In this document: positions 11,171-24,439 of the stretch, piece by piece
Layout of the letters: every line of letters begins with the position of its first letter
How positions within the stretch are numbered: position 1 is the stretch's first letter
Assembly: GCF_001194135.2 (NCBI RefSeq)
Contig: NC_068981.1
Location: forward strand, 71,256,826-71,320,825
DNA length: 64,000 nucleotides
Direction of reading: 5' to 3'
Source: Octopus bimaculoides
Lineage: Eukaryota
Notes under the pieces: generated by a model
Database searches by the model: none
What the model was told of the DNA's origin: nothing
Seen by the model: the letters and a program-made list of their open reading frames with translations, nothing else
Position numbers and translations under genes: made by a program

Positions 11171-12229
11171 TTGGTTTGAAACAAAGCGCTTGATTAGCTT
11201 AATAATCCTAACTTAATCTCGGACAACGACGAGTTATACTGCTAGTTTCTGAAATATTTGCCTCTTGGTTTAATTTTCTTTTTTTAGATTTTTTTTTTTT
11301 TTTGTTATCGTCTCCTGTATATTTATTTTCTGTAATACAACGTTTATTTGGACTATATGTTCTTCAACAAGAAGGCTTATGTGACATTGGCTGTTGCGTA
11401 TGTTAATCTGTTTCTATTAATGTTTACATTTATTTTCAGTATATCAAAAGCTCACGTTACTTTTTTTCATTGGTACTGTTATTTTATTATTAAATTCTGT
11501 TTACAAAGTATTTCGTTGGGATTCAGGAAAAATTTATCGATTTCAATTTAACTTTTTCGAACTTAGATGATTCTTATTTTCAAAATTTCTAACTTTCTAA
11601 CTTTAAGTATTAGCTCTATCGAATATTCAATAATATTCATATTTCTGTTGGTGTAGTTCTGGTTTAGCTTTTTGGAGTTGATGTTCTGGAGATACTTTGG
11701 GGGTTCCATTTTCCTAAGGTTTGTTCTTTTTCTTTGTGATGATTAGGCTACATATATTTACTTGATTCAGGGTATACAATTCTAATACCTTTATTTCAGC
11801 AACTTCGCCCGTTCTTTAGCGAAGGGAATACAGGAATAAATGATATAGTTCCATCAAAAGAAAGAAAAGTTACACAAATTAGAAATAAAATACATTACCA
11901 ATATATGCTGTACATTTTTATAGAAGTGTATTTTACTGTGATTGTTTCGATAGATTATTTTCTGTGTCTTCTTTAAAGCACTTTATTTGGGTCTAGAATA
12001 CGACGTTCGTGAAAATGATTTTGCATACACCCTAGCACACACATACAGACGCATATATATATATACATATATAATGTGTGTGTGGTGGGGTGTTTGTATG
12101 TGCGTGTGTGTATGTATGTGCGTATGCAGGTATTTATGTATTATTGTGTATGTATGCCTGTGCGGTTTTGTGCGTGGGAGAGGCATGTACATTGTTATAT
12201 TAGCTTGTGTAAGATTATATGAAAAGGAG

Positions 12230-13460
12230 AGTGAACTTTTGTTTTTTAGCCTGCAGGGTTTGTTTTACTTTTAATCAAGCCGAATTTTCTACAACTGTAT
12301 TTTATATATAGTTTTGTTTTTTATTTCATTTGCTTAAGTTATTACCTTCATCTGATTTCTATAGATTTGACCATGTGGTTATATTTCTATCTAGATTAAA
12401 TGTAGGAACATTTCCGCCTCTTAATTCATATCTACACTTCCCATCTGGCAGTTATCTGGTGGGTGTTCTGGAGATTTAATACTTAATGTATCTTTCAGCA
12501 CTTTTTCTCTACTCACACCAGTAGTTTCCCTGGGAAATTATAATTACAGTGTTCTACTTATTTCCTTCTTGCCTCGACAAATTATCGAAGCAACCAGAAT
12601 TAGATCAGTTTCGATTCTCCAGGGAAATGGCTTCAATCCACTTATACAAACAAAGCTGTTAGAAAATTAGTAGCATCAAATCATTCCATTTCCAACTGTT
12701 AAAATTAAAAACCACAAGTCGTTGTTTTGTCCAAATTGTAACAATACATGCATAAACATGCCTTTTTTTCCATTCGGGAAGACATCTCTCAAGTATTGGA
12801 ACAGATAATACCCCCTCTCTTCCTCTCAAAATTATTGGCTTTATGCCAAAATCAGAAATCATTGTTTCACTTATGTGAAAGACATATCAAGTACCGCAGC
12901 TCTCAAGAAATACAAGTATTTCAGTATAAAAGCAAGTAACAATGAAGCACATAAACTTAATTACCCTACACGTATCACCACGAACGTTGTGAAAGCCATT
13001 TCGGATAAATACCTTAAGTGACTTAATACACTTGCTAATATCGTCTTTCAAGAATATACACCAACGGAGACGACATATTCTGATATAAAAACAACATATC
13101 GCATCACTCTTCGTACCAGCAAGCTATTTTGATGAAAACACGTTTTCATATAATAAAATACTTAAATAAATTTTAAAAACTACCAGAGTAAACACTTTGG
13201 GAAACACTTTATACATTACAACAATCACCTCCACGGATACACCAGGACATCCTCTTAAATTAAAGAAAACATTATAACTGCAAATATAAAATGGAAAATT
13301 ATAGACTGTGCAACATTATACACAAATTGTTCTGGAATCTGCGCGCCGCAGAAAAATATCACATAATCAAATAGAATACACACACGTAAAGTAAGATAAA
13401 TAAAATCATCACACTGCAGACACCAAAATGAATTCATTTTCAAAACATGACTCGACCTCT
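12230..13460 (+). mobile_element. Decayed Penelope-like element (RT C-terminus plus GIY-YIG endonuclease region)
   Basis: Broken frames give NSYLHFPS (RT thumb YLH.xS), IKWKIIDCATLYTNCSGIC, EKYHII and HCRHQNEF, typical of Penelope-like ORF C-termini. Confidence 0.6.
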
Positions 13461-14428
13461 AAACAGAATAAGACAAACACCAAGCCCCCTCCAAACTCAC
13501 ATACACACCACACGAAAAATGTTACCCGTAAGAAGTTAAAGTAATCATCCTAATAACAAATAAAACACACATTACACTTATACATACACAAAAGCATGTA
13601 ACAAGAGTTTACCATAAACATTCACGCATAAACATGCTGAACCACACGCAATTTCAAAAACCCTTTGATCACCACATACACACTACAGACGGGCACACAC
13701 ACACACATACAGACAGACAAACGCGCTTATGTCCTTGTAACTCAAACATCACATGTTTTTCAGTGGATTAAACAAACAAAAACCTTTAATTATCTTAACG
13801 GTTGATATAAACAAGTCATACCAAACTATTACCCATAAATGAAAATTCAAACATTGCAGCTAAAATCACAAAAACATGCGGAATCATTATCAACGCATAA
13901 AGCAAAAAGCTTTAATAATCACAACACACACACACGCAAGCACGCACACAACCACACACACACATACATACATACATACATACATACATACATACATACA
14001 TACACAGACAAGCCGTAGCGTGTTGAAAGAATATATGCCCCCTCAATGAAAGAGCAAAATCTTCAATTTATTTACCATACACTTTCTAAATGCAATACCA
14101 AAATCATTCAACTATATCACTTCTCCATAATTAAATTACCATAATTAGCTTCACTGTTAAATTGACTCACAAACAAGTTCGGGCAACAAAATTGGCAAAC
14201 ACATTGCAAAACTAGATAAAATTGAACAAATCATTCAAAAATATGGTGCCTTGGATAAATTAAAAGACAAATCCAAATGTCAAATTAAAAACATAATTCT
14301 CTTCTCAAGAAATACACACACACACACANNNNNNNNNNNNNNNNNNNNNNNNNNNNNNNNNNNNNNNNNNNNNNNNNNNNNNNNNNNNNNNNNNNNNNNN
14401 NNNNNNNNNNNNNNNNNNNNNNNNNNNN

Positions 14429-14530
14429 TATTTATATATATATATATTTATTTATATATATTTATTTATATATATTTAGTTATATATATATATATTTATT
14501 TGTATATATATATATTTATTTATATATATT

Positions 14531-14569
<39 letters not shown>

Positions 14570-14915
14570 ATTTATTTATATGTATATATATATTATTTAT
14601 ATATATTTATTCATAAATATTTATTTATATATATTTATTTATATATATTTATTTATATCACTTTATTTATATATATTTATTTATATATATATTTATTTAT
14701 ATATATTTATTTATATCACTTTATTTATATATATTTATATATATATATATATATATATATTTATTTATATATATTATTTATATATATATATATTTATATA
14801 TATTGATTTATATTTATTTATATATATTTATTTATATATATTTATTTATATATATATATATATTTATTTATATATATATTTATTTATATATATATATATT
14901 TATTTATATATATAT

Positions 14916-14961
<46 letters not shown>

Positions 14962-14985
14962 TCTCTCTTATATATATATAAATGA
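14429..14985. repeat. Degenerate (TTTA/TATA) low-complexity satellite, almost only A/T
   Basis: Direct reading; source of the poly-I/Y ORFs. Confidence 0.9.
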
Positions 14986-15239
14986 GAGTAGGGAAAGAGA
15001 GCAGGGACGTCTCTACCTTCCCTGAGGATATATGAGTCGTTGTAGGAAGACAAGCATTCCTTATTTTTTTTAGTCTTGAGTTCTTTCTTGGAGTGGATGA
15101 CGATTAAATCGATCGCCTTATCGAACCAGTTATTTGTGGGCTAGTGGGCGGATGTATGCGTGTGTGGATTCATCGTCTTAGAAATGGATGTATTTTTATA
15201 TGCTAGATATAGCATCTAACATATAGATATAGATCTAAT

Positions 15240-18200
15240 GAAGAATGTTGCTATCAAAATGTTTTAAATTCATGAACATAGGCGCTAACTATATCACTTT
15301 TGCATTCCCATCCCTAATTTCTCACAACTACATATCTAAAATACATGTCATATTTTTAAAAAGATAAATTATAAACAAAGTATGCATAAAGTTTGCATAT
15401 TTTTGTCCTGAAAGCACCTCTACTTGAATAATTAATAAAGTAATTACTCACAGTTATCATATTAGGTATTCTCCATTGGTTTTCTAATAGTTACAATTAC
15501 AGTTCATAAAGGTGGAAAAAAACATTAAAACGTACACCTTATAGAGTCAAGATATTTTTTAAAGGTATTAGCTAATATAATCTATAGTTTCAGTTATAAA
15601 CTAGATCAAACATATATCTATGCAAATATATTTAAACTCATATGATATTCCATTACTGATGTTCAGCTTGGAATTACTTGAAGAAACTAATTAATATATA
15701 ACTAGAATTTTACTAAACAAACGTAGTTTGTAGATATATAAGCCGTTGTAATGTTCAATAGATTTAGAATCTGCCCTATCGAAATACACGGTTTTACTTT
15801 CTCATTTACAATACCATGACATAAATACGATTTCATTCAATAATACTATATGATTTGCCTGCAAACAACAATGATATCGCATTTAGAAACAAAACTGTGT
15901 TGTGAATAATTGAAATATTTCACAGAAAGATAGTAAAATGAATAAGATAACCTCGAACACGGATTGAATTAGTAATATCTTCTGCATATCATGGGCTTCA
16001 CTTAACTGGTAACTTTATATCGAAGACACAAATTATAGCCATTCAGTATAATGAGGATAAGGTTATATAAGTTAATTATATTACAATGACAAGAAGACTA
16101 CGTATAAGTTTTAGATTAGCCTTACCAGTACGTTTGAAAATGATAGCTATGTTTATAGAAAATACTTGCAAAATTTTATTCGACATTTTCCAGATTTCTT
16201 ATAACAAGTCTTTTGCTTAATGCAAAGGATCTAATCAACTTCTTCATACTATTACGTACTTATATCAATAAACACATAAACACAACTTATGATTCCAAAA
16301 CGTATTCTGCTGGTGAGCTTCATTTTCGTTGATAAAAATACATCCCAGTATTATTTTGTGGTAGATCCAATCGACTAAATCCTCCGTCGTTACAGCAACG
16401 TCTCTTGAGAATAGCTGACTTTAAAGCAATAAAAATCTGATTTCGTTAGCTTGTAACTAAGAATCTGAGGAAACTGTGGCCTATATTAGAACCAGTTGCA
16501 CAATGATGATCTCTATAAATCCTCTCCTTTTCAACTGTAACACTTCCTTGCAGTCATCGACCCACATAATACTAAGCAAATCATCAGCTTCATTGGCCTT
16601 TCTTAGTCTGGAGTAAGATAGACTCTCAGATTAAAATATTTCTAAATGGTACGATACCTGAGTAAAATTCCAAGTTCCATTTTCAAGGATAGTAAATTGG
16701 TTAGAATTAGAACATAATATGTACTTTATTTTTTAACTACACACTTAGATTACGTTTAAATCTACACTATAGGCGTTATACAATTGGTAGAGCAAAAATA
16801 AGTTTGAATTCTAAGCTAACAAGAGAATAAGGTGGTGTTGTTAACAAATCATCTCTGTAAATGTCCTTTAGAATACCATTTGATGAATAATGATTGTGGG
16901 TGCATGAATGCATATATGTATAAATCTCTTATACAGTTCTTTAACTTTATACTTGTGAAAAGCGTTGGTTCATAAATTTGAAACAGAAATCTATAAACAG
17001 AATTTAAATATGAGAAGCTAGAACCTTATAAAAATCACTGTTCAGCTGAGAGACTAAATTTGCACAATATTTTTTAGCAAGATTATTGTTTAAGCACATA
17101 GAAACGTGACTGAATATGCTGATTATTATAGGTACAAATGTGAATAGATAAGTTTTAGTTTCTAAACAGTTACCAATAAATGTTCTATTTCTTTCCTGAT
17201 CCCGATAATATACTGGATTTTGTACATATTTATGTATACATGCATGTATTTATGTATATGTACTCAGATTTTATTCATTAAAGTTATCAAAGTTATCATA
17301 TCTACAATTAAGAAACAACGTTATTTTCTCGAAATTAAGATATTACTAGATAAAAAATCAAGAAAGGAACTTGCACATCTTCATTGACTTTCTTAGGAAA
17401 CTATTTAGATAATTCTCAACATAGACAATATTTTGTATCTTTATTCCGGATATTTCTCCAAGAAGCTTCTAGCTTAGGAAGAAAGTAAAATATTTGTATA
17501 AAGCAAATTATAACCTTGCCTATCAGAACAATAATTACTACATTAAGTATATGTTATTATGGGAAGAAGCTGCATTGGTACTCCTTAAACAGTCAGTAAC
17601 AGAGCCAAGTTTACAAATGATCAAAGGTTTGAATATGTAATTCTGTCTTTTCGATGATTTTATCTGTAATGTTCACAACAATTTCCGTGAACTGCTATGT
17701 ATATTGATACTACATACTAGACTGTTTTCTTTTATGAAAAAAGATCATATATAATCTTTATGTCTTCTATTAAATAAAATTGTTTAACAGCCCAGCTGTC
17801 TTCGTATGGAATGTCATCTAAGTACTTCTTGGTTATTTCCTTTTTAGCATATTAAATGTTCTCATTCTATAAGACTTAAATGAATGGATACGTATACAAC
17901 AAAAATAAGAATATTCTATCCAATAATTTAAAATATCTGTTTATATCTGGTTAAGTACCATAAGTAAGATAGTATGCTCTTGCAACATGAAACAATGAAG
18001 AAGCTATGAGCGATTCGGAATGATTATTTTCCAATTGTTGTATAAACAGTATTTTCCAATTGTTATATAAGCAATTTTTTGACAACAGTAATATTCTTCT
18101 CTTTTAAAAACTAATAAATGCATCCCCGACACACACAAAAAATCGAAGCTCTTTCAAGATATCTTTCGGTTTGATTCTATATTTTTACCAGAACATTTTC

Positions 18201-18760
18201 TGTCTTCTGTAAAGTGCATCACAAAAGACTGATAGTTATTGAAAAACAATTGTTGACAAATTTACTTATCAGACCGTAATATTGAATCTGTTGTTCGCAC
18301 ACATCTTTTGTATTCTCATTTAGTTCATCTATATGCCTCGTACTGCTTATTTCGGTCAAAGGGATTAGCCTTAGTTCTTCTGTTAGTGATATATGGCAAA
18401 ACAATGCCCAGAACATGACAAACTTCTAACAGAATAAGTTCTTGAACAACTGGCATTTCAATACTTAGCGATCAACAACAAATTATATTGTGAAGTGTGT
18501 ACTGTTTTTGTACTGTCAGACAAAACTTTGCATCGCATAATATCCTGCTTTTTATGCACCGTTTGCAAGTGGGTAATCAATTTGCAATGCTTCATTACTT
18601 CATTTAACATGTAAGTTACGTTGTTTACTGCTGATTCCTTTGAATTTATATAATCTGTACACCAGATAGCTGTTTACATTTGATGGTCTTTGAATCATAA
18701 ATTAACTTTAGTTTCAAAATTTATCGTGACATTTTTATCATGAAATTTAATGAAAATACT
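15240..18760 (-). mobile_element. Putative decayed Zisupton/KDZ-family DNA transposon
   Basis: Minus-strand fragments in the expected order: CKLITHLQTVHKKQ (about 18550-18590, N-terminal Zn-finger-like), RRYY*FNPCSRLSY...KYFNYSQH (about 15900-15985, CxC5-like), GAFRTKICKLYAYFVYNLSF and FMNLKHF (about 15255-15420, KDZ-core-like). Confidence 0.4.
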
Positions 18761-19279
18761 AACTCAGCATACAGTCAACAATTGAAAAATAGAAACGTAT
18801 GGTTATCTTCCCACAAGACTGATTGCAGTATCTAATCGCAAATATTAAATTTCAGCTGTAAGATTTTATCTAATGTAAATGGGATTAATTATTTTATCAA
18901 ATTTCATTGAAATTTATATGAATTTAATTCTATTAAGTATCTGTACAATTATTTAATTTCAATTTTTTCTGGTTACCTAGGTTTCTTAATTGCATTAAAA
19001 AAAATTGTCAAGTTGCTAATACATAAACGAAGAAAGGGTATGACAATCCTGGCAATATTCGAACTCAAAGGCACTTCTTCTTGACGTGCTCTAGTGTACT
19101 TTTGTAGGTTTAGTAGCAGCACCACCTCGATACACATGAGGAATGCTCCAAAAAGATTGATAAGTAGGTTTTGTAAATGTGTTAGACAATGTTTCTCCCT
19201 TTTTAATATTTTTTTCCAATTGTAAAATTATGAAATATTTCAATTTTTCATTTGTTTGTGTTTTTGCTTTAACTGAAAA

Positions 19280-19490
19280 TAAACAGTATTCTTTCTACTA
19301 TAGGTACAAGGTCTGAAATTTGGGTGGGGAGGGCAATCGATTAGATCGACCCCAGTACGCAACTGGTACTTAATTTATCGACCCGGAAAGGATGTAAAGC
19401 AAAGTCGACCTCGTCAGAATTTGAACTCAGAACGTAAAGACACACGAAATATCGTTAAGCATTTCGCCTGGCGATTTAACTATTCTGCCA
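19280..19490 (-). mobile_element. tRNA-derived SINE family B
   Basis: Reverse complement of 26372-26560 (aaagtcgacctcg...gaactcagaacgtaaagac). Confidence 0.85.
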
Positions 19491-20155
19491 GAAAAGGAAC
19501 AGTGTTATCGCTAAAAACATTCTGGTCGAGACATTTCTAATTAATTTGTGTGATTGATTTGCTATTAAGTGGCGTTTAAATTTATCAGCATATCTCTATT
19601 TAGAAATCTTAGTTTTAAATCTCGATGAGATGCTTCTAAAATGTGTCACAAAGTGGCTGGAAAATACTAACACTATTTTTTTCCTTGATAAAATAGTTTG
19701 CCAAAACCAATGCTATTCTCTCTAGATATAATACTGAACATCAATGAAATAAAGTGACGATTGTACATCTGAATAACATTTTAACTGTCTAACGCAAGAG
19801 TGAATAAACATCACTATATTTGCTGATTTTATGAGACCTTTGAGACCCTTAAATATGCCCTCTGGAAAAAGCATGGATTTTCTTTTATAAATACATTTAT
19901 ATTTATTCCGTTTTTCTTAAATTCTTGAGAATCATCAAAAGATCAATTTGCATTTCTATTTCCTATTTTAATGTTTTCAATTACATTTTCACAATAAATG
20001 TATTTAGATTTTTTTTTATCTATTTCAACTCGACCTTCAGATTACAAAACATTGTCTTTCTGAACCTGCTCATTTGGGTAAAAATACGAATAACATGCTT
20101 ATTGCAGTTAATAATAAAATGCATATTTCGGTGATATTCCGCCCGAATGTATCAG

Positions 20156-20201
<46 letters not shown>

Positions 20202-20756
20202 ACACGCACGCACACACACACACACACACACACACGCGCGCACACACACACATATATATATATGAGAGTCATTCTTATCAAGTCTACTTTGTAGAGGAAA
20301 TAAAAGATTTCATTCAATATGACCAGACTATGGAGATGTTTATCCTGGCGCAGGTTCAAATGTAGAATTGAAGCCACTTGGCTACTTAACGAAACACTCT
20401 TTATTAAATTCCCTATGCTAAACGTCATAGCGTTTTAAATCTCATAGCAACAGAAACAACATTATCAGTGATAAAGTAGGAACTGGTAGACATTTGAGAT
20501 AATACATTAATGGTAAAAGAAGATAAATGGTATTCGAATCTTTAGACTATGAGTTACGTAAGCATTAACTCGCTCTCACTACGGTCATTCTTTCATAAAT
20601 ATTTATTTTCTCGACAAATTCAGTAACTTTTAATTAGAATGCTATTATATGACTACTTATTTTATAGCCAACACTACACTACAAGAGTATCTTCTACAAG
20701 TGCTACACAGGAACGAAGATCAGTTGTTCGTGTAAGTGAATTTGAGATTCGGCGTC

Positions 20757-20997
20757 TACCTGACTTTTATACAATCTCCTTGAACATTTTAGCTGATAGA
20801 AGTAGTACATAGTAATACTGGTAAACGACGTTACTGCGTTAATAAATTTTGCCTTTCATCGCTTATTTTACTTCACTGTTTTCCAAGAGTTTACATCTGT
20901 TATTTGATTGATGAAGTGCTGTGCACGGTCAAGTACCAACCATTCAGAGAGATACAGTAATTATAGTGAATTTTGTTGGTTAATGTGTACGATCCAA
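20757..20997 (+). repeat. 241-bp direct duplication, copy 1
   Basis: Near-identical to 23023-23263. Confidence 0.9.
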
Positions 20998-22181
20998 TTT
21001 ATATATTTTTTAAAAGTTATAATGTTTGTGTGATATATTTGGCGTCATACTAATTGTACTACAGTAAATGGTTAAAAAAGTTCAATTCACGATCTCGAGG
21101 TCTCAGTATAGGTATACTGTATTTCATGTGTGAATGAAATTTGGTCGACAGAATGTGTGCAGCATCCCGTTTGACAGATTGTGCTTGTAATGCAAATGCC
21201 TAGCTTTGACACATACCTTTTCTCAGATTCTCTTAAAGGATTCGATGCATCTGTAATACTCAACTACTTACACGTAATTCAATGACTAGGCAGTCCTGTT
21301 GATTGAACAATTGAATACTCATCATTGAACTCGACACATTCACTTACAATTTTCTTAACTATACCACAGTAACTGTAGACCTTTTTCACTAAAAAATTTT
21401 GGCATGCCGTAGCCTATTATTTATATGAATGAAAACGCATAATAATGTCCTTACCGTAGCATTTACACACAGGACAGTTCCTTCACAACCAAATTTTAAT
21501 ACGCAAACTATAAAAACAGAAAACAAGAACTACATCTGACTTTTACACGAGGTTAACTTTTATTCCAGCATATACGGTATTTCTGTATGCATATATATTG
21601 TGTGCGCACACGCATGCGTTTGTGTCTCTGTCTGCCAGTCTGTGTATGTTTGTGTATGTATATTGCATATATGTAAATGTGTGTATGTCTATGTGTGTAA
21701 ACGACGAAGATACGAATGCAGATGTATTAATATTCTTTTCAATAATTGATTTGCAGACGTGTATTTTTTTTTTTTTTTTACTTTTTACTTTCTCATTGAA
21801 TTGTCATACAATGTTTTAAAATCCTTCCAGCAGTTGATCATTCTTTGCAAAAACTTTAGATACGTCATGTAAAGGAAGTCGTTGACTGATTTATTGTGTA
21901 CTCTGTACACAATATATTGCGTCACTTAATTGCTTAGTGAGGGAGTGGTGAGACCTATACAAAAGCGAGGAGTTGATAGAGAATCACCTTGGAAAATGTG
22001 CAGTTTATATTGATGTCACCAACATTCACAGAATATGTCTATTAATTTAATATCCAAGATTGTCATTCAAAGCTTCATACTATTTGACAGAAAATTATAA
22101 ATAAATGTAGACATTTGATACAGGCCCAAGCATTTCACAATTCAGCCATGTGGAAGGATACCAAACGCTTTTGTTGTTGTT

Positions 22182-22185
<4 letters not shown>

Positions 22186-22252
<67 letters not shown>

Positions 22253-22290
22253 CATTATTTTATTATCATTATTACTATTACTATTATTAT
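22186..22290. repeat. (TTA)n microsatellite
   Basis: Direct reading. Confidence 0.95.
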
Positions 22291-22454
22291 TTCGTCGTTG
22301 TTGTTGCTTTGTTTTATACGGGTTGTTCCAAATCTCTCCGACAAACCTTAAATGATAAACTTGGATGTCTTATTGTGAATGTTGTCTATGGTTAACAATG
22401 ACATATTGCAGTGCAAAGAGAATAGATACAGAGTTAAGATTTCGTTATCATTAT

Positions 22455-22590
22455 TATTATACGTTCTGAATTCAAATTCCGTTGAGGCCGACTTTGCTTT
22501 GATCCTTTCGGGGTCGATGAAATAAGTACCAGTTGTGCACTTGGGTCGACGTAGTCGACTAACCTGCCCTAAAAAATTCCAGGTCTTCTT
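22455..22590 (+). mobile_element. SINE family B, 5'-truncated
   Basis: cgttctgaattcaaattccgttgaggccgactttg...gggtcgatgaaataagtacc. Confidence 0.8.
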
Positions 22591-22593
22591 TTT

Positions 22594-22594
22594 A

Positions 22595-22653
<59 letters not shown>

Positions 22654-22691
22654 TTGGTGGTGGTGGTGGTGGTGGTGGTGGTAGTAGTAGT

Positions 22692-22787
<96 letters not shown>

Positions 22788-22816
22788 CAGTAGTAGCAGT
22801 AGTAGCAGTAGTAGTA
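22594..22816. repeat. (AGT)n/(GGT)n compound microsatellite
   Basis: Direct reading. Confidence 0.95.
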
Positions 22817-22817
22817 T

Positions 22818-23020
22818 AAGACGGCGAGTTGGCTGAATTGTTAGTACGCTGGGCAAAGTGCTTAGTTGTGTTTTGTCCGTCTGTTCAAATTCCGTCGAGG
22901 TCGACTTTATCTTTCATCCGTTCGAAGTCGATAAAATAAGTACCAGTTGAACACTGGAGTCGTTGTAATCGAGTTACACCTTCCCCCGAAATTGCTGACC
23001 CCACAAAATTTGAAACCATT
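22818..23020 (+). mobile_element. SINE family B
   Basis: ggcgagttggctgaattgttagtacgctgggc head; ttcaaattccgtcgaggtcgacttt body. Confidence 0.8.
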
Positions 23021-23022
23021 AT

Positions 23023-23263
23023 TACCTGACTTTTATACAATCTCCTTGAACATTGTAGCTGATAGAAGTAGTACATAGTAACACTGGTAAATGACGTCAT
23101 TGCGTTAATAAATTTTGCCTTTCATCGCTTATTTTACTTCACTGCTTTCCAAGAGTTTACATCGGTTATTTGACTGATGAAGCGCTGTGCACGGTCAAGT
23201 ACCAACCATTCAGAGAGATACAGTAATTATAGTGAATTTTGTTGGTTTATGTGTATGATCCAA
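23023..23263 (+). repeat. 241-bp direct duplication, copy 2
   Basis: Near-identical to 20757-20997. Confidence 0.9.
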
Positions 23264-23269
23264 ATACCA

Positions 23270-23805
23270 TCAAAGTGACATTGGGGTATAAATATACGAA
23301 ACCCAGTATACCCATCATGACTACCCGTCTGATAAGGGTACACCTGGCACATGCATCACAAAATGTACGCGACATGGTGATCACATATCAAGATAAAAAG
23401 CGCATGACCTTGAAGGTGGGAGCCCAGTTAAAATTTTCTTTAAGTCGAGTAGCTCATCCCACTCAAATGGTCCTTGAATAAGGGTTGTTTAAGGATGTTG
23501 AGCAAAACATCCATGTTTCCAGAGGTGAATTATTCAAACTCCAAAGAATTCCTCTGAACTATGATGTCCCCACACTGCTTCTGCTCGCGATTACAGATGC
23601 ATATATCGTCACCCAACAAAGGACATGATCAACTGGTTAAGGTCAAGCAGCTGACAAGCAAATCTGTGGTATTGAGCAGAATATTTGATGTAGCCCATCT
23701 TTCATACCAAGGAAAAACATGTACATGCTAACACTTCCAATCAGTTAAGATCAGAAGCCATGAAAGCCAATGTCTGGTACTGTATCATGGTATTTATTAT
23801 TATTN
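23270..23805 (+). mobile_element. Unclassified non-coding interspersed repeat ending in an (ATT)n tail
   Basis: GC-richer non-coding block ending ggtatttattattatt, like a retroposed element; single copy in this window. Confidence 0.4.
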
Positions 23806-24064
23806 NNNNNNNNNNNNNNNNNNNNNNNNNNNNNNNNNNNNNNNNNNNNNNNNNNNNNNNNNNNNNNNNNNNNNNNNNNNNNNNNNNNNNNNNNNNNNNN
23901 NNNNNNNNNNNNNNNNNNNNNNNNNNNNNNNNNNNNNNNNNNNNNNNNNNNNNNNNNNNNNNNNNNNNNNNNNNNNNNNNNNNNNNNNNNNNNNNNNNNN
24001 NNNNNNNNNNNNNNNNNNNNNNNNNNNNNNNNNNNNNNNNNNNNNNNNNNNNNNNNNNNNNNNN

Positions 24065-24327
24065 NTATCATTCAGTAGTTTTATTTTTATAACGTGCTTT
24101 CACTTCACTACCGAGCGCAGCTCTGTGCACCTTGGGTATGTGCTGTGGTTTGCTGTGGTGCTCTTATGGTTACTGTATTGAAAGTGTTTTGCGTAGGGTG
24201 TGTACAGTGCCCAGTAGTGCAATTTTCTGTATGTTATATATATTTGTAAGTCCTGGTGTTTTTGTTATGTATTTGTCTGAATATTTTTTTATTATACCTA
24301 AAGCACCTACTATGATATTATTATTAT

Positions 24328-24330
<3 letters not shown>
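24065..24330 (-). mobile_element. Dong/R4-like RLE-LINE, 5'-truncated 3' end
   Basis: IIVGALGIIKKYSDKYI...IQKIALLGTVHTLRKTLSIQ* plus 3' UTR, near-identical to 53815-54140 and 55815-56030. Confidence 0.8.
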
Positions 24331-24374
<44 letters not shown>

Positions 24375-24439
24375 TTATTATTATTATTTTCCGATACTCT
24401 AATGATTCTGCTTTCCATTGTCCCTCTCATCGCAAGACA

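Noticed and set aside
14251-14985. Long poly-I/Y, poly-L/S/T, poly-HT/CV and poly-N ORFs here and throughout the window (e.g. 22569, 29086, 30758, 55444)
   Set aside because: Direct translations of microsatellites; no coding signal
23170-23200. ctgatga in the duplicated block (also 8927 and 25367) as hammerhead cores
   Set aside because: No GAAA or stems at the required positions
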